DNA of 64,000 nt from Schizochytrium sp. TIO01 (Eukaryota > Protista > Bigyra: Labyrinthulomycetes). The notes under the pieces are model-generated. The model saw only the letters and a list, made by a program, of their open reading frames with translations, had not been told where the DNA came from and did not search any database. The first letter of the stretch is position 1. Every line of letters begins with the position of its first letter. This document shows positions 30,473-40,200 of the stretch, one piece after another. The translations under genes were made by a program, and so were the position numbers. Location: positions 325,859-389,858 of the forward strand of contig SMSO01000006.1 of NCBI GenBank assembly GCA_004764695.1, written 5' to 3'.

Positions 30473-32617
30473 ATGAGCTTAGCAGAGGTTCTCGAGCAGT
30501 GGCCTGAGGATGTTATGGGCGCAGTGCCTACAGCTGGGAGCTTGCCAGAAGGATTCCAGGCCCTCAGCGAGGACTCTGTCGAGTCTTTCTTGGTCGCAAG
30601 GCATGCAAATCTTGTCGCAGACTTCCTTGGAGGCTTGGTAACGAGTGTGCGGGAAATCTCAGATGGGAACCTGAACCATGTTTTTGAGGTAACAGGCAAG
30701 GATGGGAAACGTATTTGTGTCAAACAGGCGCTTCCGTTCATGCGGATGAACGAGGATATTAAGATGGCAGCCCAGCGCATCTACTTTGAGAACGCCTCCC
30801 TGCGTATATTCAGCCACGTCGCAGCCGAAGAGAGAACAAAAATTGTTCCTGATATTTACGCTTTTGACAAAGACATGATGGTGGTGATCATGGAATTCGT
30901 TGCACCACACCAGGTGCTTCGATCCTTGCTTGTAAACGGGTTTGAAACAAAAGGCCTTGGTTCGGCTGTTGGTAGATCGCTAGCTAGGATTTTGTTCGCC
31001 ACCTCAATATATGGTCTCGAGGGACCGCACCGCCGACGATTAATGAATTATTTTGCGCAAAACAACGACCTCTGTGTTGCAACTGAAGAAGCCGTATTCA
31101 CTTCTCCTCTGGTTGACAAACCTAGTTTCACCAGTCGGTGGACCTCTCCTGCCCTTGATGAAATTGTCACAGAGCTACGCGCAGATAAGGAAGTTCTCCT
31201 CGCTGTGGCGGACCTCAAGACAAAGTTCAGCTCTCAGGCAGACTGTCTTCTTCATGGCGATACCCATACAGGGTCTATTCTTGCAAATCCAGAATCGCAA
31301 GACCTTGCAGAGGCTGGTGGGTCTGTTCTGTTCATTGATTCAGAATTCACCCTCATGGGACCCATTGCTTTTGACGTAGGTTCGTTCATGGGAAATTTAG
31401 TGATTTCTGCGTGCGCTCGCCGCTCAGTATACCCTTTAACTGAACTACAAGAATTCTGGCAAGCCTTTGCACAGACTTTCAAGGATATGTGGACTCGATC
31501 AAGAAAAGAATTTCTTGCATCTCTCGAGAATTCTCCTGAAAGACTCGAGACAGGGCGCATCAGTGTATATTTTAGAAAAGAAGTTGATGTAGATGCTTCG
31601 CAAGCTCTCAAAACCTTCTTCCGTGACCTTTGGTTTGATGCTGTAGGCTTCGCAGCTGTTGAACTGATTCGCCGTACAATAGGTGTGGCCCATGTAGAAG
31701 ACTTTGAATCAATTAGAGACATTGAAGAACGAGCTTATTCCGAATCGACTGCATTGAAGATTGCACAAACACTTTTGCATGATCGACGAAGTGAACAACA
31801 GATAAAAAATCCTGAGGACCTTTTAGCACTCTGCAAATTGAAGCTTGGCCTCCAACCTGCTGTTGTGACCAAAACTGCAACAATTTTTCTTGTTGCCCGG
31901 CTTCCGCGTCTCGGAAGTTGCAAGACTCGACTGGCGAGCACGATTGGAAATGAAGCAGCGCTTGATTTTGCGCAGGCGTGCATTGGAGATCTGATCGAAA
32001 GTCTTGGAGACTCAGCTCTCGAGGAATCTCTGCAAGCTAACATACAAAGAGTCATACTTTTTAGTCCCGGAGAAGATAAACAGGACTACCGTACTTGGCT
32101 CGATGCTGCTTTCCCAAAGCATGGCCCACGCTGGGAGCTACAGTCAATGTCAACACAACAAGGAGAACCAGACGTACGTCTTGGTAAACTAGGAAACGCC
32201 TTAGGAGGGTCACTTCAGAGGTGTCACTCAGATGCTGTTGCATTTATTGGAATGGACACTCCAAACCTTGGTATCAATGAGCTATCTAAGGCTCTTGCTA
32301 TTCCCCTCGCTGAACCCTCCAAGGCTTTTCTCTCACCTGCTCTCGATGGAGGCTATGTACTTTTGGCACTACCTGGGCATTGTGGCAAGGAAGCTTTCTG
32401 GGACGTTGCATGGTCAACTGGAGCTGCATTTGCTACGCAGCTCAATGCACTAACGGAATGCGGGCTTCGAGTTACGATAGGAAAAAAAGTTTTTCGTGAT
32501 GTAGATGAGGAAGATGACTATCTGGCTCTTGCGAAAGATCTCAAAGAGAACCAGACCTATTCTTGTGAACGTTTGCGAAATCACTTCACCAGTCATTGCA
32601 CAAGTATCAGTTCGTGA
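30473..32617 (+). CDS. Fusion: 5-methylthioribose kinase (MtnK)-like domain + DUF2064/TIGR04282 (CofC-like, GT-A fold) domain
   Basis: Kinase: EISDGNLNHVF, VKQALP, HGDTHTGS, IDSEF, GPIAFDVG, RRTIGVAHVEDFESI. C-terminal domain from ~31874: VARLPRLGSCKTRLA, FIGMDTPNL, PALDGGYVLLAL, FWDVAWST, RDVDEEDD. One uninterrupted ORF; first ATG at 30473. Confidence 0.88.
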   Translation: MSLAEVLEQWPEDVMGAVPTAGSLPEGFQALSEDSVESFLVARHANLVADFLGGLVTSVREISDGNLNHVFEVTGKDGKRICVKQALPFMRMNEDIKMAAQRIYFENASLRIFSHVAAEERTKIVPDIYAFDKDMMVVIMEFVAPHQVLRSLLVNGFETKGLGSAVGRSLARILFATSIYGLEGPHRRRLMNYFAQNNDLCVATEEAVFTSPLVDKPSFTSRWTSPALDEIVTELRADKEVLLAVADLKTKFSSQADCLLHGDTHTGSILANPESQDLAEAGGSVLFIDSEFTLMGPIAFDVGSFMGNLVISACARRSVYPLTELQEFWQAFAQTFKDMWTRSRKEFLASLENSPERLETGRISVYFRKEVDVDASQALKTFFRDLWFDAVGFAAVELIRRTIGVAHVEDFESIRDIEERAYSESTALKIAQTLLHDRRSEQQIKNPEDLLALCKLKLGLQPAVVTKTATIFLVARLPRLGSCKTRLASTIGNEAALDFAQACIGDLIESLGDSALEESLQANIQRVILFSPGEDKQDYRTWLDAAFPKHGPRWELQSMSTQQGEPDVRLGKLGNALGGSLQRCHSDAVAFIGMDTPNLGINELSKALAIPLAEPSKAFLSPALDGGYVLLALPGHCGKEAFWDVAWSTGAAFATQLNALTECGLRVTIGKKVFRDVDEEDDYLALAKDLKENQTYSCERLRNHFTSHCTSISS

Positions 32618-33561
32618 TGCGAGCCCTGTCTTTACAAGGAATACATAAGCTGTATCTTACCTCACCACGTACAACCTCGTCTCAAAGAAAAGTTAAATCT
32701 AAAATGTAGGAAACATAACAGATCATCAACGGTTTGCGTTTCAAGTAGCTTGGGAAAGAGTTAAGATAGAATGAAGAAACAACTAAACATTGGCAACAAG
32801 TAGAGAGCAATAATACTCCTATTCTCAAATCAGGCCGAAGCTTAGGCCTTTAAATCATAATAACAATATTATTGTTCTCTTTTTTATTCTGTTTTTTAAA
32901 TGACACAGGTCAATAACTACATTATCGTCAGGCTAATACGTGAGACATGACGATCAACTCGAGGTGATTTTGGCTTTAATGCTACTTATCATCCTCTTGC
33001 TTCTGTGCAGGAGCAGTCATGAACCAAAAAACAAAGCATAGCATGGGATGAATTGCAAAGAAGAAGGCTGGACCAAGAAGCGACTACCTCAAGAGCCTCT
33101 GATAAAAATGATCATGAGACAGTTTGACGGAATGGTTTCCAAAGTAAAGAACCACGAAGTATATGAAAGTGGAAGAGAAAGCTTATGCAAACCACTGTTA
33201 GCAATGGTTTTATTATTGCAATCGACGGCAAGAATAACCGATTTTAAAAGAAAACAATCAAAAGACAAAATATTAAAATAACTACAACAACAGAAACAGT
33301 GATTGACGGGCGCAGCCATACCAATACACACTAGAGACAGTACAACCACTTAAACACAGACAGTGTGTTGAACATGTTTTGTTTGCTGAAACCTTGCAAT
33401 TGTGGGCTGGAGTAGAAGAATATAAGCATTTCCTCGAAGCTCAAGTAACAATTCTATCATACAAAAACAAATTTTAGGATTCCATGACACAGAACAACTG
33501 TGTATAATCAATAGACAATAGACCCGTTCCATAAGTTTTGCTGCCTGCAAGAGTTGACAGA

Positions 33562-36500
33562 TTATACATTTGCCTCTGATCCAGTGCGAGCGAGAGCATC
33601 GGGGTGAGTAGAAACATCGGGGTGAGTGGATGCATCCTTCTTGTTGTATTTGCAAGCTTCAGCATAAATCTGCATAGAATCAGGCATAAAAAGCTGTGTG
33701 TAGTTCTTGAGAACGAGTTGCGGCAAAACAGAGGCAAAAATGGCTAGGAAAGAAGTGAGCCAGAAAAACCAAGTTGGGCCTATATAAAAAAGAATGTAGC
33801 CATTATCAGTCTGCGCAGGGCTGAAACTCGCGTTAATGTAAACGTGCGCGAGCCCAAAGATTGCCAGAATAAAGATTGCAAATCCGATGAAAGACAAAAC
33901 TACGTGGCACCATGTAAATGCATGAAAACGCAACATCAATGATACCATAATGCTCATGACAATTACAAAAGTAACCGCTGTTCCCTCACTCCATAAATCA
34001 GCAGCAATGCCATTCCTATTCCATGTCATACCAAACGCAAAGCCAGCGACCATTGACCAGGCTGCCATCCAGACAGCTTGGCAGGTCTCGACAAAAAATT
34101 CCCGAAGTCCGAAGTCCACATTGTAAGGGTCATAAAACTCAGGGTGACTCACCAGCGCATCCACAGGAAGCTTACGATCAAACATAGCAATGGCCATGAG
34201 AAATGGAGATGTCATAACTGCGTTGAAAAATGTTAACACATAATTTACCTCGATGGTTTGTCCCGAGTACGCACTGACAAAACCATAGGCAATCTGTGGC
34301 AAATTAAAGGCAATATTAACTCCTAGAGAAGCACGTGCCGCATTGACAATTCGCAGCCTTGCGCCAGCGCCATGTACAAACAAAAGACGTTTGAGATCTG
34401 CAAATTTATGAATCGCAAAGTCTGAGGCATTTACAGCCTGAGAGCCCTCCTTACCGAAAATGCCAACGCCAACATCAGCCTCACGAATCATGGACACATC
34501 ATTAGCACCATCACCAATTGATAGTGTAATCTTATTAAAATTCGCACGCACCAGTTTTGTCACGGAGGCTTTTTGATGAGGAGTCATACGTGTGCATACC
34601 GTAGTATAGCACTTATTCATGACAAGAGCGAGAAGTTTGGAGAGTTCAGGGTCACGAAGGCAGATGCGCAGGCACTCGCCAGAGAGAACAAGCGCATCGA
34701 GACCTGTTGAGCGTTTGCTTGTCTGGCTCTCTAGTGTACTCAGATCATTTGCAGTGTTTTGGTCGTCATCGGAAACACCACTAGGATGGCCTACAGGGTT
34801 CGAGAGCAATGCGTTTTCCAAGTCCACCCGGATCGTCGATTCGAGGGAGTCTGTGATAATATGAAACGTGCTTCCTGGCCTAAATAGACCACACGTGGTG
34901 CAGATGCTCATTGCTGTTTCAGTCTTATCACCAGTCAAAACAGCCACCTGAATGCCGGCCTTGATGAGACTTTGCAGAGCGTCTTCAACACCTTCTGACA
35001 GTTTATCTTCGACACCTGTGCATCCCACAGGGCGCAACATACCTTCAAGTAGCTCAAACGCAGTGCCAATCTGTTCATCACGAGATGTCATAGAGACCTG
35101 GGCTTCCTGATATTCACTTTCGAACTGCAAAAATAGTTCACTTGTCACGTCAATTTCGCTGGAACCCATGACCAATGTGCGCAAACCCAATTTTGAGAGA
35201 TCGTGGACTTGTTTGTTGAGAGACGTAAGGTCGAAGCGCTCTCCAAATAGTTCATTCATAACGTTGTCAGCTCCCTTGTACCAGATGAGAGCCTTTTGGC
35301 TCACAGGTTTTCCTGAAGATATGGACTCTTCCTGAAGTATGATACCCATTCGCTTCCTAGAGGAGTTAAAGGGAAGAAGGGCAAGAATTCTGTATTGGCG
35401 TAGAACACCCTCTGCCTCAAGCTGTAAGCTACCAGGGCTTCGATTTTTTAACACAAAACCCAAGTCTCGCGCAGTCAAAGCTAAGGCGACTTCATCTGGA
35501 GACTCACCGGAATACGTCAGCTCCGGACCCTTAGACCGCCTGTTGGAGTCCTCAGTGACACCCCCAATGTCCTCCTCAAGCTCCACTTCCACAGTGTTGC
35601 ACGCTGCCATGATTTTCACCAAAGTGACAAGGTCTGTATCCTGAGATGCTCGGGAAGCGCTTGCCGGAAGAACACGCTTTTGGGACCCATTTCTGCTCCG
35701 AAGTGCGCCACTATCATCAATCTCATATATGCCCTTGTTCGTGGAGCAATGCGAAAATCTCATTTCGTTGTCTGTCAGTGTACCTGTTTTGTCGCTGAGA
35801 ACATACTCGACGCTCCCAAGCTCCTCAACGAGACTAGTTGTATTCGCAATCGCAGGGCGGTTCAAACCATCCCTGGAATACATGGCCTTATCCCAGTAAA
35901 TGTACAAGCCACCCACTAACTTGCCACCAATTTCAAGGATAACATAGAGGGCCATGGGCACTAAGTAACTCATGAGGATAAACCAGGTCATGAAAGCAAA
36001 GATCCATTCTTTCCCATTGGTACTTGAAGCAATGTCCCAACCGTATTGGTCTCGGAAGAGGGGCATCTTGCTGACCTCAAGACTTGCCATGACAATGCAA
36101 AGAATTGTTTGCACCACGATGATCAGGAGAATAGTGACGTTCATTTTTCTTTCCAGATGGCTAAACTTGAATTGCGGGAGCTGCTGATTCATCCGCAATT
36201 TTGTGGTCTTGCCAGCACCGACAATCACGCCCCAAGCTTGCTTAGTGTTTCGAAGAGTCGCACCACGTAATATCATATTCTCTCGCTGAAGTGCAACGGC
36301 AGAAGAATCATTTGGGTCCTCCGCGTCCATCCGACCGCTGAAAACCTCGAGGTACGGATTCGGGGCATCTGCGGTAATAACTGTTTTCACAGCAGTTAGG
36401 TCCTTCTGAGTGGGTTGCTCACCTCGCTGTAAATCATTCAGAAACGGGCGCAGGTCAACTGCACGGCGGACCTTTAGCCTCGTTTCACCATCGAGGTTAG

Positions 36501-37266
36501 CTGTGTCAACCCAGCACACCGGGCTTCCCGCACTTGATGAGCCTGGTAGGTGCTCCACAGAGAGAACCACGATATCGGCTGGACAGACTTCGTCGCGCCC
36601 GACCGCAATAATTTCACCAACACGAAGCTCTCGACTTTTCACAGTCTCACTGCTGCCATCGCTCGTTAATCGCATCACTTTGGCATTATTGACATGTGCA
36701 TCTGACACGTGCCTCAAATAGTCTTCATAACCCTCCTTGATGGCCACCACGCCAAGAATGAACACAAGCGGGGCTACGGTAATATACACAGGAAATGGTG
36801 AAACATCTGGCACAAATTGCAGCGCCGTGATGAAGATGAAGTACGAGTTGGCTACTCGCCTTGCCTGTTCAAATAGGTTCTTTGGCAAAAATGTGATAAT
36901 GTTATACCTCGAAGTAATAAACAAATTTGCTGGTGATCCAGCGTTGAGCTCTGCGTTATTTAGATGCACCACAAGATCCTCCTCTAGAGGAATCGCCGCA
37001 TTTGGGGCAGAATTTGAATCATCTCCAGTATCCACGCTGTTATTCTGATTTCTCTTCGAAGAAGATGTCCGCAATGATTTGGGGAGGAACTTCTGGAACA
37101 CGCGTGCCCTGCGGAAGCGTCTTGGTAGAGGGTCTTGCCGCACTGGATGCGATGACGACCACCTAACCAGGGAAGGCCGTGATGGCGGCAAGTCGGCCTC
37201 GGTCACAGAGTCCTCGCCCTCTTCCCGAACCACGAATGGCTGCACAGTTCCGCTGCTTCGCGTCAT
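33562..37266 (-). CDS. P4-type ATPase (phospholipid flippase)
   Basis: TSRYNIITFLPKNLFEQ, LDGET, EELG…SDKTGTLTDNEM, ESPDEVAL, FNSSRKRM, GLRTL, LTGDKTETA, GDGANDVSMI, GKEGSQA; TM segments at both ends. Confidence 0.96.
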   Translation of the reverse strand: MTRSSGTVQPFVVREEGEDSVTEADLPPSRPSLVRWSSSHPVRQDPLPRRFRRARVFQKFLPKSLRTSSSKRNQNNSVDTGDDSNSAPNAAIPLEEDLVVHLNNAELNAGSPANLFITSRYNIITFLPKNLFEQARRVANSYFIFITALQFVPDVSPFPVYITVAPLVFILGVVAIKEGYEDYLRHVSDAHVNNAKVMRLTSDGSSETVKSRELRVGEIIAVGRDEVCPADIVVLSVEHLPGSSSAGSPVCWVDTANLDGETRLKVRRAVDLRPFLNDLQRGEQPTQKDLTAVKTVITADAPNPYLEVFSGRMDAEDPNDSSAVALQRENMILRGATLRNTKQAWGVIVGAGKTTKLRMNQQLPQFKFSHLERKMNVTILLIIVVQTILCIVMASLEVSKMPLFRDQYGWDIASSTNGKEWIFAFMTWFILMSYLVPMALYVILEIGGKLVGGLYIYWDKAMYSRDGLNRPAIANTTSLVEELGSVEYVLSDKTGTLTDNEMRFSHCSTNKGIYEIDDSGALRSRNGSQKRVLPASASRASQDTDLVTLVKIMAACNTVEVELEEDIGGVTEDSNRRSKGPELTYSGESPDEVALALTARDLGFVLKNRSPGSLQLEAEGVLRQYRILALLPFNSSRKRMGIILQEESISSGKPVSQKALIWYKGADNVMNELFGERFDLTSLNKQVHDLSKLGLRTLVMGSSEIDVTSELFLQFESEYQEAQVSMTSRDEQIGTAFELLEGMLRPVGCTGVEDKLSEGVEDALQSLIKAGIQVAVLTGDKTETAMSICTTCGLFRPGSTFHIITDSLESTIRVDLENALLSNPVGHPSGVSDDDQNTANDLSTLESQTSKRSTGLDALVLSGECLRICLRDPELSKLLALVMNKCYTTVCTRMTPHQKASVTKLVRANFNKITLSIGDGANDVSMIREADVGVGIFGKEGSQAVNASDFAIHKFADLKRLLFVHGAGARLRIVNAARASLGVNIAFNLPQIAYGFVSAYSGQTIEVNYVLTFFNAVMTSPFLMAIAMFDRKLPVDALVSHPEFYDPYNVDFGLREFFVETCQAVWMAAWSMVAGFAFGMTWNRNGIAADLWSEGTAVTFVIVMSIMVSLMLRFHAFTWCHVVLSFIGFAIFILAIFGLAHVYINASFSPAQTDNGYILFYIGPTWFFWLTSFLAIFASVLPQLVLKNYTQLFMPDSMQIYAEACKYNKKDASTHPDVSTHPDALARTGSEANV

Positions 37267-40200
37267 CTTGCCTCAATGCGAATGCCCCGCCCCCTGCCTT
37301 CGGGAATTGCTCAGCTCGAGAACTCGTGACAAGTGGAGTCACGAGAGTCAAACTACTACTCCAAAGAATTTGGCAGTGACTCGAAGCCCCAGTTGAGTGA
37401 ATGCCTCCCGAAGGGGCGGCCACAGTCGGCTGCCGCACAATAATGGATATGCTATGAGAAGGCGAGCGAGCGAGCGAGTGACAGAGAAAGTCAATACACG
37501 GAGCTGCTCTTGTGGTTGATATTCGAATTATTGAGTTCGACTTCGTTTTCGACATCTCTTTTATCCGAGTTTCTTTCCAAATTGTTTAGACCCGGACTAA
37601 AAAGAAAAAAAGGTGATTTCTTTTAGTTAATGGCTTTGAACAATAGGAGAACTAGAGATTTTACTATATGCAAGCAGGTGGCGGAAGTTCAACTACTTCC
37701 AAACCATATCACTTTCTCTTCAGATGTTAAACAATATATTCAAATTAACTTATCACCACCGGGTACTACCTACTTACTTACCTGCTAGCCTTATTCTCTA
37801 GAAACTCCATCAAAAGAAACTTTCTTTTTCCCAGGTTGTAAGCTAATCAAGCTGGTAGTAGCGTTCTGCTCGCGTGGAAAATACTGTCGTTTGTCGTACT
37901 GAGATTTCTACTTATGGGTTTGTTTGCAGTAGTTTTTTTTGGTGCCTCATGAACTCCCGTAGACCAATTTTGAACTCCCTCATCAAGGCTCGCCTGCCCT
38001 GAGGAGGTGCCAACTACTGCTGTGTTCTTGATATTGTTGCTCTAGTTTTGAGTGGCTAATTGTCGCTACAAATAACCACTCTATACAGCAATCTTTATTG
38101 CATGGTCGGTCTTCGAAGGGAACGAAACGACCATGCAATAATTTTACCATGGCATAAACAAACCAACACCATTCTCGTTATTGAAGTTCATTTACTCTTT
38201 GTGTCAGTGAGTTATCTACTACTATCACATCCCACCCGAAATCATGGTCGGTCGTGCTGCTGGAGGCTCTACAATTTTCAACCTTCTTTGCTAACTAGGG
38301 TCGCGAAATTAATCAATGCGGGGAAGGAGGGATCAGGAGAATGAAGAGAGACCATGAGGACTTAAGATAGGTGTCTCTGCATCAGTCTCTGCATCAGTCT
38401 TGATGGAGACTTTCTTAGCGTTGATTCCTCCCGCCATTTCGCCTAGGCGTGAGCTTATTCCCCACGTTCCCATAAATCCGTTTCTATGAAAGAACGTTAC
38501 GTTTAATGAGGTTTGGCACTGAGTTAGCTTTACAACTTGAAGCTGCAGGCACGTTTTAAGGAAGCTAGATAACCACACAAAAAACCTCGAGGGAAGATCA
38601 ATCAAATTCGTTGTATCTGAACCAAACTAGCGCCTTCTCCCATCCATATCGTGTTAAGGGCTATCCAAGCAGCGAACGCAGTCGCCAACACTCCAAAATT
38701 CACTGCTTTAGATAATTTGTTTTTAACACTTTTTTTTTTTAATCATGTGCAGACTCTGTCTCTCTCTGTCTCTCTATATATATATAATCTTTTTTCTTTT
38801 CTTTTTTTTTCCCTAAAATAAAACGTTTTAATTAAAAAAATATTAAGAAAAATTACAGCACTTTTTATAAAAACTTAACTCACGTTGTAGTGAGCAATTT
38901 GGAGAAGCCGAGGTCCTATTTCAAGATTTGCTTGGTAGATGATACCTCGCTATCATCTTACATTGGGGAGTTACCCGAACTCCCATGAATAAACTTCTTG
39001 TTGTCTCTACAAGCTTAACGCGGAGAGAACAAGCTGCCTGCCGACTATCTCTGGCTTTACCTCTAGAGGAAGGCAGACCTAGGTATTTCTTTTGCCTTTC
39101 ATCTTTTATAATAGTTACATTTCATTCACTTGCGCTTTCCCCTTCACTTCTGCATGAATCAGCTTGAGCAATGCTGAATGACAAATGGTCAGCGTGGCCA
39201 ATTCATCCAGCAAAATTCCTGCGTGCTCCACTGCTCAAAGCATCTCAGCGCTAGGTACCTACGTACCTGCCTATGCCCTCGCCCGCGTGTGAAGAAGTAC
39301 TCCATGTTTTCACAACCTCACAGAGCACCGACAAGTCAGGAGAGCCTGGCGCGGTGGCTGAAGAGCGCCGGAAGACAATCGGAAACAGTACTTACTACAA
39401 AACTACGAAAGCTAGCTAGACAGTGCTACAGAGGCGGGTAGCAAGCACCTGGCTTGAGCACTTCGAAGAGGATAAGCTCGTACTGCTACGAAAGAGAATC
39501 GATGTGGAAGTAGAGCCTTGGTGGGAAAGAGGTGCCAGATAACAATGCCTAGAAGTAGAGGACTTGAGATGATCTGTCGTGGCCTACTACAAAATATTTT
39601 GCTCCAAGGTCGCCGCCGAAAGGCTACCATACTACTGCTTTATCAATCACAATCAGTACATCAATCAATAAATCAATAAATCATCGCTTTTACTCGCTGG
39701 GGTAGAGCAAACGCATAAGACAAACACGCGCCGGGGCCTCAAACGAACCTGCATGTACGTCGTTTTAATGGCGACCACGATAGTTGCGGCAGTTTACCAT
39801 CGCCAATGGCGCATGAATCACATCCTGCTTTGATACAAGTGTCTTGAGACTCGGGTGAGCAATATTTATAGTTCAAGTTATGCAAGTATTGGTTAATTAA
39901 CGAAGCACATTTCTCAGCGATTGAGCCACTTTGATCCAACATCTCAAAAAAATACACTATATACATATATATGTTGTTGTTGTTGTTACAATAATAATAA
40001 TTATTATTATTACCATTACTATTAGAACTACTGTAGTACAATTTTTAATGAAATGCAAATTAATGTTTAGTTTAAAAACTTTGTTAAAACTTTTTTAATT
40101 GTAGGCTACCTAAATAAAACTTTGAATGGATTCAGACGATTGCAGCAAGCCTCTCGAGCACGTGCAAGCGAGCAAAACAACTTTATTCTCTACAAATTTG

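Noticed and set aside
2183-37266. Amidase + acyltransferase + flippase as a lipid gene cluster
   Set aside because: They are separated by unrelated housekeeping genes over 35 kb, with no evidence of co-regulation.
37782-37810. Minus-strand mini-ORF MEFLENKAS ending at a perfect CAG|GTAAGT donor as a first coding exon of the flippase
   Set aside because: A phase-2 acceptor is needed, but an in-frame TGA lies three codons before the flippase ATG and the AGs after it give phase 0 or 1. At most a 5'-UTR intron.
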